Position numbers and translations under genes: made by a program. A stretch of 57,080 nt of DNA from Polyangiales bacterium (GTDB lineage Bacteria; Myxococcota_A; Polyangia; Polyangiales; Polyangiaceae). Positions 19,679 through 30,258 of the stretch are shown here, piece after piece. Positions within the stretch are counted from its first letter, which is position 1; every line of letters starts with the position of its first letter. The notes under the pieces are model-generated. The model was not told the origin of the DNA. It ran no database searches and saw only the letters and a list, made by a program, of their open reading frames with translations. The stretch is taken from assembly GCA_038231275.1 (NCBI GenBank), contig JBBRLQ010000042.1, forward strand, positions 1-57,080. The letters are read 5' to 3'.

Positions 19679-20116
19679 TCAGCCTTCGCGGAGCGGACGG
19701 CCCTGGGCGTCGGTGACCTTGCCGGTCAGCATCATGATGCCGTCGATGATCGGCCAGAGCGTCCCGACGCCGCACGTGAGCCACGAGACGGCGATCTGCG
19801 CGATCGCGATGCCCATGTGGCCCGTGTAGAAGCGCCCCGCGCCGAAGCTCCCGAGGAAGATCTGGAGAAGGCCGGCGACCATCTTCTGCTTGTCCGAGTA
19901 CGGGAGCCCCGTCATCGGCTCGATGCCGTAGGGCGCGTTCGGGCTCGCCATCGCCATGCCGGGCATGCCGGGCATTCCGCCGGGCATTCCACCAGGAGGC
20001 GGGCCATAGCCGCCGGGCGCGGGAGGCGGGCCGTAGCCGTACGGCGAGCCGCCACCGGGAGGCGGAGGGTAACCGCCACCGGGCGGAGGAGGCGGATTCG
20101 GCGGATATCCCTGCAT
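19679..20116 (-). CDS. TM2 domain protein with Pro/Gly-rich N-terminus
   Basis: SDKQKMVAGLLQIFLGSFGAGRFYTG. Confidence 0.9.
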   Translation of the reverse strand: MQGYPPNPPPPPGGGYPPPPGGGSPYGYGPPPAPGGYGPPPGGMPGGMPGMPGMAMASPNAPYGIEPMTGLPYSDKQKMVAGLLQIFLGSFGAGRFYTGHMGIAIAQIAVSWLTCGVGTLWPIIDGIMMLTGKVTDAQGRPLREG

Positions 20117-20197
20117 GGCGCTGTGCTCCTGGGTGTGCCTGGTGGTCGCTCGACTCGAGACGACGCGAATCAAGGTATCCGCTTTGTCGTGCGAGCG

Positions 20198-20887
20198 CTA
20201 CACGACCCGCGGGCGACGAATCACGCCATTTTCTGCGGCGATCAGCACCAAATCGGCGCGGCCGACGAAGAGCCCGGTCTCGACGACGCCGGGCACGGCG
20301 CGGATGCGGAGATCGAGCGCGGCGGGATCGTCGATGGGGCCGACGGTGAGATCGTAGAGGAGGTTGCCGGCGTCGGTGATCCACGGCGCGCTGCCCCCAC
20401 CCGGGGCGGGACGGAGCTTCGGCGTCCCGAGGGCTTCGAGGAGGCGGCGCGTCTGGAGGTGCGCGAAGCGGAGGACCTCGATGGGCACGGGCCACTTCTC
20501 GCCGAGGCGCGCGGAGAGCTTCGTGTGGTCGACGATGATGACGTTCCGCTTCGACGCGTAGTTCACCATCTTCTCGCGCGTCTGCGCGCCGCCGCCGCCC
20601 TTGACGAGATCGAGCGCGTCGGAGACCTCGTCGGCGCCGTCCACCGTGACCTCGATCTCCCACGGACCGTCGTCGGAGAGGAGCGGGATGCCGAGCGCCT
20701 CGGCTTGCTTTCGCGAGCCCTCCGACGTCGGCACGCCCGTCAGCGCGCGACCGGCACGGACGAGCGCGCCGACCTCGTCGATGAAAATCTTCGCCGTCGA
20801 GCCGGACCCGAGGCCGATGATTCCGCGCTCGGGGAGCTCGGCGAGCGCAGCTTGGGCGGCCGCGCGCTTGGCAAGGTCGAGGGACAT
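20198..20887 (-). CDS. rpiA: Ribose-5-phosphate isomerase A
   Basis: GLGSGST, DGADEV, KGGGGAQTREK, GVVETGLF. Confidence 0.96.
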   Translation of the reverse strand: MSLDLAKRAAAQAALAELPERGIIGLGSGSTAKIFIDEVGALVRAGRALTGVPTSEGSRKQAEALGIPLLSDDGPWEIEVTVDGADEVSDALDLVKGGGGAQTREKMVNYASKRNVIIVDHTKLSARLGEKWPVPIEVLRFAHLQTRRLLEALGTPKLRPAPGGGSAPWITDAGNLLYDLTVGPIDDPAALDLRIRAVPGVVETGLFVGRADLVLIAAENGVIRRPRVV

Positions 20888-20943
20888 TCGCGCGTTCTAC
20901 GGCACGCGCGCCTCGAAGGGAACAGGCGAGGGAGATCCGGACG

Positions 20944-22506
20944 TCAGAGACGCTTGCCGGTGGCCGCGTCGAATAGCGTGAGCTCCTCGAGGCGGGGGAG
21001 GTCGGCGGGCGCGAGCGCGACGTCGTCGCGAGATCCATCGACGAGCACGTCGCAGGAGCGAACACCCGACGTCTGCGCGATCGTCGACACGACGCGCCAG
21101 CGCAGCTTGCGGTCGTAGAAGCCGAACTGGACCGACTCGTGCGCCGACGTTTCGCCCGGCTCGAACGCAGCGGTCAGCGCCGCGCGCACCGAGCTCGCGA
21201 CGAGGGCCGCGGTCTCGTCCTTCTCGACCGTGAGGCGCGCCTCCACCTTGAACCGACGTCGCCCCGGCTCTTTCACGACGATCCGCGGCATTCCCTCGCA
21301 CGGCAGCTGCGCTTCGGCAGCGAGCACGCGCGCGATCACGTCCGGCGCTGGAAGCTCTCCCCGCGCCGTCGCGAGCGTTAGCCAGCCTTCGCCCGCGGGG
21401 ATTTGCGCGTCTTGCGCGTGCGTGAGGAAGAGCGCGCGCGCGACCTCGTCCTTCTCCCTCGCGTGGTACTCGAAGACCGCGCGCGCCTCGAAGCACGAGA
21501 TGCGCGGCGACGGCGTCGCGGCGATGGCGGCACGCGCGGAGGCGGCGCGCGCGCGATGGACCTGCGCGAACGACGCGGCGACGGCGAGCGCGACGGTCAT
21601 CGCGAAGAAGAGCCCGGCCCGCTGCGCGCGCGCGCGGATCGGCCAGACGCTCGGCCCCGGATCGTGCTGAAGCAGCGCGACGGCGCGCGGGCGCTCGGCG
21701 GCTCGGTAGGCGCCTCGCGCAAACGTCGGAGAGGTCGGCTCCTCGAGGAGCACGGCGTCGGCCGACGATCCGGGCACGAGCGGCGCCAGATGCTCCGTCG
21801 TGCGCGCGTGCGCGTGCGCGTCGTCGAGCAGGACGACCTTGTACCCCGGCGCCTTGCCCGCGTACACGTCGCGGAGCCACGCGCAGCGCTTCACGTCGCG
21901 CCTCCACGTCATCGCGAGGAGCACGAGGCCGACGCACGCCGACGCGATCGGGATCGCCACGTGCCGCGGCGCCACGAATCCGATCGCGACCGCGCCCGCG
22001 AGCCCCGCCGCGCCGCCCGCGACGAGGCCGACCCGTTCGAGCGCGTCCTGCCCCGCGAACATGCGCACGCCCTGGAGCGTCCGCCCGAGCAGCGCGAGGA
22101 CGATCCCGACGCCGACGCTCGGCAGCAAGCCCAAGGTCGCGCCAACCGCGAGGCCCCTCGCCGCTCCTTCCCCTCCGAGGGCGAATACGAGAGCCCACAT
22201 CGACGCGCCGACCCCGACCGCGCCGAGCAGCGCCCGCACGTCCGCCGCACGCGAAGGCGCCTCACGAAGCGCGACGCGCGCGAGGAGAGCGCTACCCACC
22301 GCGGTCCCAATGAGCCCGCCCGCCGCTGCCCGCGCGCCCAAGCTCGCTGCGCCGCCGAGCAGCGCCGCGGCGACACACTCGCTGGTCGCGACGAAGCCGA
22401 CCATGACCAGGAGCTCCGGGGAGAGCCAGCGCGGCGTCTTCGACGCGTTCAGCATCATCAAAAGCTTAACCGCCCACCCCCCCGCGCGCTTGGGCCTCTC
22501 CGCCAT
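20944..22506 (-). CDS. Multi-pass membrane protein with C-terminal baseplate-J-like domain
   Basis: Several Ala/Gly-rich TM helices, then FEYHAREKDEVARALFLT...VQFGF...SGVRS...DGSRDDVAL...PRLEELTLFDAATG. Confidence 0.6.
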   Translation of the reverse strand: MAERPKRAGGWAVKLLMMLNASKTPRWLSPELLVMVGFVATSECVAAALLGGAASLGARAAAGGLIGTAVGSALLARVALREAPSRAADVRALLGAVGVGASMWALVFALGGEGAARGLAVGATLGLLPSVGVGIVLALLGRTLQGVRMFAGQDALERVGLVAGGAAGLAGAVAIGFVAPRHVAIPIASACVGLVLLAMTWRRDVKRCAWLRDVYAGKAPGYKVVLLDDAHAHARTTEHLAPLVPGSSADAVLLEEPTSPTFARGAYRAAERPRAVALLQHDPGPSVWPIRARAQRAGLFFAMTVALAVAASFAQVHRARAASARAAIAATPSPRISCFEARAVFEYHAREKDEVARALFLTHAQDAQIPAGEGWLTLATARGELPAPDVIARVLAAEAQLPCEGMPRIVVKEPGRRRFKVEARLTVEKDETAALVASSVRAALTAAFEPGETSAHESVQFGFYDRKLRWRVVSTIAQTSGVRSCDVLVDGSRDDVALAPADLPRLEELTLFDAATGKRL

Positions 22507-22587
22507 CTTCGCGTACCGCCAAAAAGTTCCGAAAAATGTGGGAGCTGGCGCTCAGCCGTTGCGGGCGGATAGACTCGTCAGCGGTCC

Positions 22588-23739
22588 ATGCCCTCGCCGA
22601 CCTACGAGTCTCCCTGGAGAACCGACGAGGTGCGGAATTTCCGCAATACGGTGCGGGATTTCATCCAAAAGGAGCTCGCGCCGCAGCAGGCGCGCTGGCG
22701 CGAGCAGCATCACCCCGATCCCGACGCGTTCACCAAGGCTGGCGCGCTCGGGATGCTCCTCCCCGATGTCCCCGCCGAGCACGGCGGCGCAGGTGGGACG
22801 TTCGCGCACGAGGCCGTCGTGATCGAGGAGCTCGCACGCGCGGGCGTTCACTTCGGCGCGAGCGTGCAGTGCATCGTCGCGCACTACCTCCTCAAGTACG
22901 GGAGCGACGACCAGAAGCGGCGGTGGCTCCCGCCCATGGGGCGCGGCGAGCTCGTCGGCGCCATCGCGATGACCGAGCCCGGCGCCGGCTCGGATCTCCA
23001 AGGCATCAAGATGACCGCGCGCCGCGACGGTGACGCCTACGTCGTCGACGGCTCCAAGACGTTCATCACCAACGCCGTCCACGCAGGCATCGTCTGCCTC
23101 GCCGTGAAGACCGACCCGAAGGCGCCGGGCCCCAAGGGCATCTCGCTCCTCTTCGTCGAGACCAAAGATCTCGCCGGCTACCGCGTCGGAACGCCGCTCG
23201 AAAAAATCGGCCGTCATGGGCAGGACACGTGCGAGCTCTTCTTCGAGGGCGTACGCGTCCCGACGTCGAGCCTCCTCGGCCCCGCGGAGGGCAAAGGCCT
23301 CTTCCAGATGATGGACCAGCTCGTCTACGAGCGACTCTCGGTCGCCGTCGCGGCTGTGGCCACCGCAGAAGAGGCCGTCGCGATCACGACGCGCTACGTG
23401 AAGGACCGCACCGCGTCGGGCCAACCGCTGATGGACTTCCAGAACACGCGCATGGTCCTCGCGCGCTGCAAGACCGAGGCGTCGGTGGGCCGCGTGTTCC
23501 TCGACAGCTGCATCGATCGGTTCCAGAAGGGCGCGCTCGACCCGGTGACCGCCGCGATGGCGAAATACTGGCTGACCGAGACCGAGTGCAAGATCGTCGA
23601 TGACTGCGTGCAGCTCCACGGCGGCTACGGCTACATGAGCGAGTACCCGATCGCCCGCATGTGGGCCGACAGTCGCGTCCAGCGCATCTACGCCGGCACC
23701 AACGAAGTGATGAAGGAGATGATCGCGTGGTCGCTCTGA
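22588..23739 (+). CDS. Acyl-CoA dehydrogenase family protein (LCAD-type)
   Basis: [38 protein letters not shown]. Confidence 0.95.
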   Translation: MPSPTYESPWRTDEVRNFRNTVRDFIQKELAPQQARWREQHHPDPDAFTKAGALGMLLPDVPAEHGGAGGTFAHEAVVIEELARAGVHFGASVQCIVAHYLLKYGSDDQKRRWLPPMGRGELVGAIAMTEPGAGSDLQGIKMTARRDGDAYVVDGSKTFITNAVHAGIVCLAVKTDPKAPGPKGISLLFVETKDLAGYRVGTPLEKIGRHGQDTCELFFEGVRVPTSSLLGPAEGKGLFQMMDQLVYERLSVAVAAVATAEEAVAITTRYVKDRTASGQPLMDFQNTRMVLARCKTEASVGRVFLDSCIDRFQKGALDPVTAAMAKYWLTETECKIVDDCVQLHGGYGYMSEYPIARMWADSRVQRIYAGTNEVMKEMIAWSL

Positions 23740-23787
23740 CCGCCAGCGACGCGATCTGAGTCGGAGCGCACGCGAACCCGAGGGGAA

Positions 23788-26700
23788 ATGAGCACGGCGA
23801 TCCAAGAAAGCGCGCGCGCTCCTTGCGTGCACCACCTCTTCGAGCAGCAGGTCGCGCGCACGCCCGACGCGGTCGCCGTCGTGTTCGAGGATCGGCGTCT
23901 CAGCTACCGCGAGCTCGACGCGCGCGCGAACCAGGTCGCCCATTTCTTGCGCGCGAGCGGCGCAGGCCCCGAGTCGCTCGTCGGCGTCTGCCTCGAGCGG
24001 CGCCCCGAGCTCGTGATCGCGCTGCTCGGCGTCTGGAAGGCGGGCGCCGCGTACGTCCCGCTCGATCCCGCATACCCGCGCGACCGGCTCGCGTTCATGG
24101 TGGAGGACGCAGGGATCCGAGCCCTCCTCACCGAGCGAAAATGCCACGCGCTCTTCGCGTCGGCCAGCCTCCATGCCGTCTGCCTGGACGACGAGTGGGC
24201 CTCGACCTTCGCGGGCGAGCCGACGGAGTCGCCCGACGCTTCCGCGGATCCTGCGAGCCTCGCATACGTGATGTACACGTCGGGATCGACCGGCAAACCC
24301 AAGGGGGCGATGATCCTCCACGGCGGCCTCGTCAATTACCTGACCTGGGCCATCGAGGCGTACGGCGTCCACGCGGGCGGCTCGGTGCCGGTGCACAGCT
24401 CGATCGCCTTCGATCTGACCGTGACCAGCCTCTATCCCGCCCTCCTCGCGGGCGCGCACGTCGAGCTCTTGACCGAGCAAGCCGGCGCGCAGCATTTGCT
24501 CGCGGCGCTTCGGCGAACACCACGCAGCGTCGTCAAGATCACGCCCGCGCACCTCGACGTCCTCACGCAGCAGCTGCGGCCCGACGAGCTCGCGGGGCTC
24601 ACCAACGTGTTCGTGATCGGCGGCGAGAACCTTCCGGCCGAGAGCCTCACCGCCTGGCGCGAGCACGCGCCGGCGACGCGCCTCATCAACGAGTACGGCC
24701 CCACCGAGACGGTCGTCGGCTGCTGCATCCACGAAGTGATCGAGGGCGACCCCTACGGCGGCCCCGTACCGATCGGCCTCCCCATCGCGCGCACCGAGCT
24801 GTACGTGCTCGACGAACAACGCAAGCGCGTCGCGACCGGCGTGATGGGCGAGCTCTACATCGGCGGCGCCGGTGTCGCGCGTGGCTACTTGAACCGACCC
24901 GACCTCACGCGCGAGCGCTTCCTCGACGATCCGTTCTCGGGCCGTCCCGGCGCGCGCCTCTACAAGACCGGCGATCTCGCGCGCCAACGAGAGGACGGCG
25001 TCTTCGAGTTCTTCGGGCGCGTCGACGATCAGGTGAAGGTGCGCGGGTACCGCATCGAGCTCGGCGAGATCGAGGCCGCCATCGCCGGGCACCCGGCGGT
25101 GCAGTCGTGCGCGGTGCTCGCGCGGGAAGACACGCCGGGAAACAAACGGCTCGTCGGCTACGTGGTGGCGCGCACGGGGGCATCGGAGACGCCGACCTCG
25201 GCGGACCTTCAGGCGTTCGTCGCGAAGAACCTGCCCGAGTACATGGTCCCCGCGCACGTGATCTTCCTTCCGTCGCTTCCGTTGACCGTGAACGGGAAGG
25301 TCGATCGCAAGTCGCTGCCCGCGCCGAGCGAGGCGAGCGCGACGTCGGGCCACGACGTGAAGGCGCCGCGCACCGACACCGAGCGAAAAATCGCTGCGAT
25401 TTGGTGCAAATTGCTGAAAGTGGAGGCCGTCGGCGTCGACGTCGACTTCTTCGATCTCGGCGGCCATTCGCTCCTCGCCATCAAGGCCCTCGCCCAGATG
25501 CGGGACGTCCTCGGTGTGGATCTTCCGCCGCAGACGCTGTTCGAGCACTCGACCGTGGAGGCGCTCGCCGTGCTCGTCGGCGGCGACGAACCCGCGGAAG
25601 AGCGAGCGCCGGCGCCGATCCCGAGGGTCGGAGGCCCGGGACCGCACCCCGCGTCCTTCGCGCAGCAGCAGCTGTGGCTGCTCGACCAGCTGGTCCCAGA
25701 CAGCCCGGCCTACACGATCGTCGACGTCGTCCCTCTCCCTGGCGCGTACCAGGTGACGGCCCTGAAGAAAGCGCTCCACGAGCTGGTCACTCGCCACGAG
25801 GTGCTGCGGACAACCTTCCTTCGCGTGAACGGCCAGCTGATGCAGCGGATCGCGGCGCCCTTCGAGCCGGCGCTCGCCGAGATCGACCTGAGCGCCGCGC
25901 CGCCGGAAACGCAAGAGCGCGACTGGGCACGCGCGGTTCGCGAGCAGGGGCAGAGGCCGTTCGATCTCTCGCGCCTCCCGCTCCTGCGTGTGACTGTCGT
26001 TCACTTCGCGGCCGACGTTCACCGGCTCCTCGTGACCGTGCATCACGTCATCGCCGACGAGTGGTCGATGGAGCTCCTCCACGGCGAGCTGACGAAGCTC
26101 TACGCCGCGTTCGCGCGCGATCTCCCGTCACCCCTCGCGCCGCTGCCCATCCAGTACGCGGACTTCGCGACGTGGCAGCACGCGTCTCTCCAAGGAGAGA
26201 TTCGGGCCGAGCAGGTCGCCTATTGGACCCGCGAGCTTCATGGCGCTTCGCCGATCCTCGCGCTGCCCGTCGACAAACCGCGCCCCGCGTCGCCGACGCT
26301 CCGGGGCGCCACGTTCGGCTTCTCCGTCCCGAAGGCCATCGCAGACGCGCTCCATGCCCTCGGTCGGCGTGAGCAAGCGACGCCGTTCATGGTGCTCGAG
26401 GCGGCGTTCGCGACGCTGCTCCACCGGTACACCGGGCAAGACGACGTCCTCGTCGGCACGCCGATCTCGGGGCGCACGCACACGGAGACCCAGGCTCTGA
26501 TCGGGTGCTTCCTCAACACCGTCGTCCTCCGCGCGCAGTTCCCACGCGATCTGGATTTTCGCGGCCTCCTCAAACAGGTCCGCGAACGGGCCCTCGGCGC
26601 GTACGCCCACGCGGATCTGCCGTTCGAGCACCTCGTCGCCGAAATCGCGCCCGAGCGAGATCCAGGCCGTACGCCGCTCTTCCAGGCGATGTTCATCCAA

Positions 26701-29559
26701 CACGATCGCGACGGCGTCTCGCAGGTCTCCAAGGTCAGCGGCAACGAGGATCTCGGCACCGGCACGTCGAAGTTCGATCTCACGATGTTCGTCGCCGAGA
26801 GCGAGGCCGGCCTCGAAGGCCTGGTCGAGTACAGCACCGATCTCTTCGAACGAGAGACGATCGCGCGCCTCACCCGCTCGTATGGCCAGCTCCTGCAGTC
26901 GATCGCGCGGAACCCGGAGGAGAAGGTCGCGCGCCTCTCCATGCTCGCCGAGGCCGATCGCTTCCAGCTCGTCGCCGAATGGAATCAGACGGCCTCCGCT
27001 CCTCCCGAGCTCGGCGACTGCCTCCACGAGCTGTTCATGCGCCAAGCCTCGCGGACGCCGAGCAAGGTCGCGGCGACGTTCGCGGAGGAGAGCCTGACGT
27101 ACGCCGAGCTCGATCGCCGGTCGACGCTCCTCGCGCGCCACCTCGCGCGCCTCGGCGTCGGTCCGGACGTCCTCGTCGGTCTGCTCGTCGAGCGCTCGCT
27201 CGACATGCTGGTCGGCCTCCTGGCAATCTTGAAGGCTGGAGGCGCGTACGTACCGCTCGATCCTTCCTTCCCGGCCGAGCGCCTCGCGCACATGGTCGAC
27301 GACAGCCGAATGCTCGTGCTGGTGACGCACCGCGGGCTAGAGGAAACGCTGCACCGCCGGCCGGATTTCATCGTCGACCTCGATGGGGATCGCGACGCCA
27401 TCGCGATGAGCGACGGAACCGAGGCGCCGGAGGCAAGCGCGACGCCTTCCAGTCTCGCCTATGTCCTCTATACGTCGGGCTCGACGGGGCTGCCGAAGGG
27501 CGTCGCCATCTCGCACGCGGCGATCGTCAATTTCGTCCTCTCGATGCAGCGCGCGCCGGGCATCGGCGAAGGCGATTCGCTCCTCGCCGTGACGACCCTC
27601 TCGTTCGACATCGCGGCCCTCGAGCTTTACGTGCCGCTCGTCACCGGCGCGAAGGTCGTGATCGCGAGCCGCGAGGACGTCGTCGATCCGCGGCGGCTCA
27701 TTCGGCGCCTGGAGACTGGCGCATGCACGGTCATGCAAGCCACTCCCGCGACGTGGCGCGCCCTCGTCGACGCGGGGTGGAAGGGCTCGCCGCGCCTCAA
27801 GGCCCTCTCGGGCGGCGAGGCGCTCCCTCCGGACCTCGCGCGCGCGCTGCTCCCTCGCTGCGCGGAGCTATGGAACATGTACGGCCCCACCGAGACGACG
27901 GTGTGGTCGACGCTCCACAAGATGACCGCGGCGGACGGCTCGCCACCGATCGGCCGCCCCATCGCCAACACGCAGGTCTATGTCGTCGACGCCGAGCTTG
28001 CGCCGGTGCCGCCGGGCGCGGTCGGCGAGCTCTACATCGGCGGCCGCGGCCTCGCGCGTGGATACCTGAACCGCGAGGAGCTCACCAACGATCGCTTCGT
28101 CCCGAGCCCGTTCGTGCCGGACGCGCGCATGTACAAGACAGGCGATCTCGCGCGGTGGCGCGTCGACGGCAACCTCGAGTGCCTGGGCCGCACCGATCAC
28201 CAGGTGAAGCTGCGCGGCTATCGGATCGAGCTGGGAGAGATCGAAGCGTGCTTGGCGCGTCACGCCGCGGTTCGGCAAGCGGTCGTCGTCGCGCGCGAGG
28301 ACGTCCCGGGCGACAAGCGTCTCGTCGGGTACGTCGTTGCCGAAGGGCCGCCCGCCGATCTCACAGATCAGCTCCGCGCCACCCTCCGCGCGTCGCTGCC
28401 CGAGTACATGGTGCCGGCGCACGTCATGCTCCTTCCCGCGATGCCGCTGACGCCCAACGGCAAGGTCGATCGAAAGGCGCTCCCCGCCCCCACCGCCGCG
28501 AAGACCGACGCGCGCGAGGGCGCATACGTGGCGCCGCGGAGCGATCTCGAGATCAGCCTCGCCGCGGCCTGGCAGCGCATCCTGCGGGTGGAGCGCGTCG
28601 GGATCCACGACGACTTCTTCGAGCTCGGCGGCAACTCGCTCAGCGTCCTCAACCTGATGCTCGAGATGGAGCAGACGACCGGCGTCGAGGTCACGCTGGG
28701 GTCGATCTTTCGAACGCCGACGATCGCGGCTCTCGTGGAGAGCCTGGGCGGCGCCGCAGAGAAGGACACGTCGATGGTCGTGCCGCTGCAACCCGCAGGC
28801 GCCGGCCGTCCCATTTTCTGCCTGTGCGGCGTGAGCCTCTACCAGGAGCTCGCGCACTCGCTCGGCGACGCGCAGCCGGTCTTCGGCGTCTACGTGCCGG
28901 AAGACCAGGCGATCACTCGGCAGGCGCTCAAGGGTGAGAAGCTCGACATCTCGATCCCCCGGCTGGCGCAGGCCTACTACGACGCGATCGTGAAGGTCGC
29001 GCCGCGCGGACCGTACCGCATCGCCGGCAGCTCATTTGGCGGCATCGTCGCCCTCGAGGTCGCCTCGATGATGCGCCAGAAGGGCGCGGAGGTGGAGCTC
29101 GTGGCGCTGCTCGACACGCTCTCGCCGCGCGGCATCCACCGCAACTGGCGCAAATGGATCCGCCGACGCGCGGGCCAGCTCGTGAACGGCGAGGCGCCCG
29201 AGAAGGTGCTCTACGCCCTCTCGCGGCTTCGCGACAAGCTGGTCGGCCGTGGTGTCTTGCCGGGCGCGCTGAGCCAGGCGCAGCTCGCGCAGGTGGCGTT
29301 CGATCGCAAGCAGCAGGCCTACTTCGCGGCCATCGCGAGCTGGCAGACGCGGCGCATCGTCTCCGACTACAAGATCGTCCTCTTCCGCGCGTCCCATCAG
29401 CTGTGGGGGCCGCAGGACGAGCTCCAGAACGACTACGGCTGGCACTACTACTTGAGCAGCCCGATCACGGTGGTCGACGTACCCGGCGATCACCTTGGGA
29501 TCCTGAAGAGCCCGCACGTCGCCGATCTCGGGCGCAAGGTGCGCGAGCACGCCTCCTAG
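23788..29559 (+). CDS. Two-module NRPS, A-T-C-A-T-TE (predicted Asn, Gly)
   Basis: Two YTSGSTGxPKG / YKTGDL / NGKVDR A domains; T motifs LGGHSL and LGGNSL; C motif HHVIAD; TE GSSFGG and GDH. Confidence 0.96.
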   Translation: MSTAIQESARAPCVHHLFEQQVARTPDAVAVVFEDRRLSYRELDARANQVAHFLRASGAGPESLVGVCLERRPELVIALLGVWKAGAAYVPLDPAYPRDRLAFMVEDAGIRALLTERKCHALFASASLHAVCLDDEWASTFAGEPTESPDASADPASLAYVMYTSGSTGKPKGAMILHGGLVNYLTWAIEAYGVHAGGSVPVHSSIAFDLTVTSLYPALLAGAHVELLTEQAGAQHLLAALRRTPRSVVKITPAHLDVLTQQLRPDELAGLTNVFVIGGENLPAESLTAWREHAPATRLINEYGPTETVVGCCIHEVIEGDPYGGPVPIGLPIARTELYVLDEQRKRVATGVMGELYIGGAGVARGYLNRPDLTRERFLDDPFSGRPGARLYKTGDLARQREDGVFEFFGRVDDQVKVRGYRIELGEIEAAIAGHPAVQSCAVLAREDTPGNKRLVGYVVARTGASETPTSADLQAFVAKNLPEYMVPAHVIFLPSLPLTVNGKVDRKSLPAPSEASATSGHDVKAPRTDTERKIAAIWCKLLKVEAVGVDVDFFDLGGHSLLAIKALAQMRDVLGVDLPPQTLFEHSTVEALAVLVGGDEPAEERAPAPIPRVGGPGPHPASFAQQQLWLLDQLVPDSPAYTIVDVVPLPGAYQVTALKKALHELVTRHEVLRTTFLRVNGQLMQRIAAPFEPALAEIDLSAAPPETQERDWARAVREQGQRPFDLSRLPLLRVTVVHFAADVHRLLVTVHHVIADEWSMELLHGELTKLYAAFARDLPSPLAPLPIQYADFATWQHASLQGEIRAEQVAYWTRELHGASPILALPVDKPRPASPTLRGATFGFSVPKAIADALHALGRREQATPFMVLEAAFATLLHRYTGQDDVLVGTPISGRTHTETQALIGCFLNTVVLRAQFPRDLDFRGLLKQVRERALGAYAHADLPFEHLVAEIAPERDPGRTPLFQAMFIQHDRDGVSQVSKVSGNEDLGTGTSKFDLTMFVAESEAGLEGLVEYSTDLFERETIARLTRSYGQLLQSIARNPEEKVARLSMLAEADRFQLVAEWNQTASAPPELGDCLHELFMRQASRTPSKVAATFAEESLTYAELDRRSTLLARHLARLGVGPDVLVGLLVERSLDMLVGLLAILKAGGAYVPLDPSFPAERLAHMVDDSRMLVLVTHRGLEETLHRRPDFIVDLDGDRDAIAMSDGTEAPEASATPSSLAYVLYTSGSTGLPKGVAISHAAIVNFVLSMQRAPGIGEGDSLLAVTTLSFDIAALELYVPLVTGAKVVIASREDVVDPRRLIRRLETGACTVMQATPATWRALVDAGWKGSPRLKALSGGEALPPDLARALLPRCAELWNMYGPTETTVWSTLHKMTAADGSPPIGRPIANTQVYVVDAELAPVPPGAVGELYIGGRGLARGYLNREELTNDRFVPSPFVPDARMYKTGDLARWRVDGNLECLGRTDHQVKLRGYRIELGEIEACLARHAAVRQAVVVAREDVPGDKRLVGYVVAEGPPADLTDQLRATLRASLPEYMVPAHVMLLPAMPLTPNGKVDRKALPAPTAAKTDAREGAYVAPRSDLEISLAAAWQRILRVERVGIHDDFFELGGNSLSVLNLMLEMEQTTGVEVTLGSIFRTPTIAALVESLGGAAEKDTSMVVPLQPAGAGRPIFCLCGVSLYQELAHSLGDAQPVFGVYVPEDQAITRQALKGEKLDISIPRLAQAYYDAIVKVAPRGPYRIAGSSFGGIVALEVASMMRQKGAEVELVALLDTLSPRGIHRNWRKWIRRRAGQLVNGEAPEKVLYALSRLRDKLVGRGVLPGALSQAQLAQVAFDRKQQAYFAAIASWQTRRIVSDYKIVLFRASHQLWGPQDELQNDYGWHYYLSSPITVVDVPGDHLGILKSPHVADLGRKVREHAS

Positions 29560-29589
29560 CGCGCCCGCGGTCCCTTACCTCACCTCACG

Positions 29590-30180
29590 TCACTTGCTCG
29601 CGACGGCGACGGTGCCTCCGTCGGTCACCGCCTTGCCGTCCACCTCTTGGAGGTGGAACTCGGTGCGGCGGTTCATCTGCTTGTGCTCGGCGGTGTCGTT
29701 GTCGGCGAGCGGGCGCGTGTCGCCGAAGCCGACCGTCGTGAGGCGGTTGCGATCGGTGCCGTGCGCGGCGAGCCACGTCGCGACCGACTCCGCGCGATCA
29801 CGGGAGAGCTTCAGGTTCTTCTTGGCGCGGCCGCTGCTGTCGGTGTGCCCCTCGATGCGCAGCTTCGTGATTTGGGCGTTGTCCTTCATGATCTGCGTGA
29901 GCTGCTTCAAGATCGACAAGGACTGGTCGGTCTCTTTGATGACGGCGCTGCTCACCTCGAACTCGAGCTCGCCCGGGAGCACGATGCGGTTGTCGACGAT
30001 CGGCGCGGCTGGCTTCGCCTCTTCCTTCGGCGGCGGCGCGGGCGGCGGCGGCGCGGGCTCCGGCGACTTCGCCTCCATCGCGACCTTCGCGCGGGCGTGG
30101 CACCCGGTGGCCGACGTTGCCGCCGCGAGGCCGAGGATCGCCAGGGAGAAAATGGGGATGCGAAGCCGGCTCTTCATCAT
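29590..30180 (-). CDS. OmpA-family peptidoglycan-binding lipoprotein
   Basis: IEGHTDS, NLKLSRDRA, NRRTEF; lipobox ATGC. Confidence 0.92.
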   Translation of the reverse strand: MMKSRLRIPIFSLAILGLAAATSATGCHARAKVAMEAKSPEPAPPPPAPPPKEEAKPAAPIVDNRIVLPGELEFEVSSAVIKETDQSLSILKQLTQIMKDNAQITKLRIEGHTDSSGRAKKNLKLSRDRAESVATWLAAHGTDRNRLTTVGFGDTRPLADNDTAEHKQMNRRTEFHLQEVDGKAVTDGGTVAVASK

Positions 30181-30258
30181 TCGTGTGGCCCTCCACACTG
30201 GTGTACGCGAAGGCGGCACGCGTCTTCCTCGGGTCTCGATGGCGATTTGGCGAAGAAA

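Noticed and set aside
20944..22506. Prophage or tailocin locus
   Set aside because: No other phage structural, integrase or lysis genes; flanked by rpiA and ACAD
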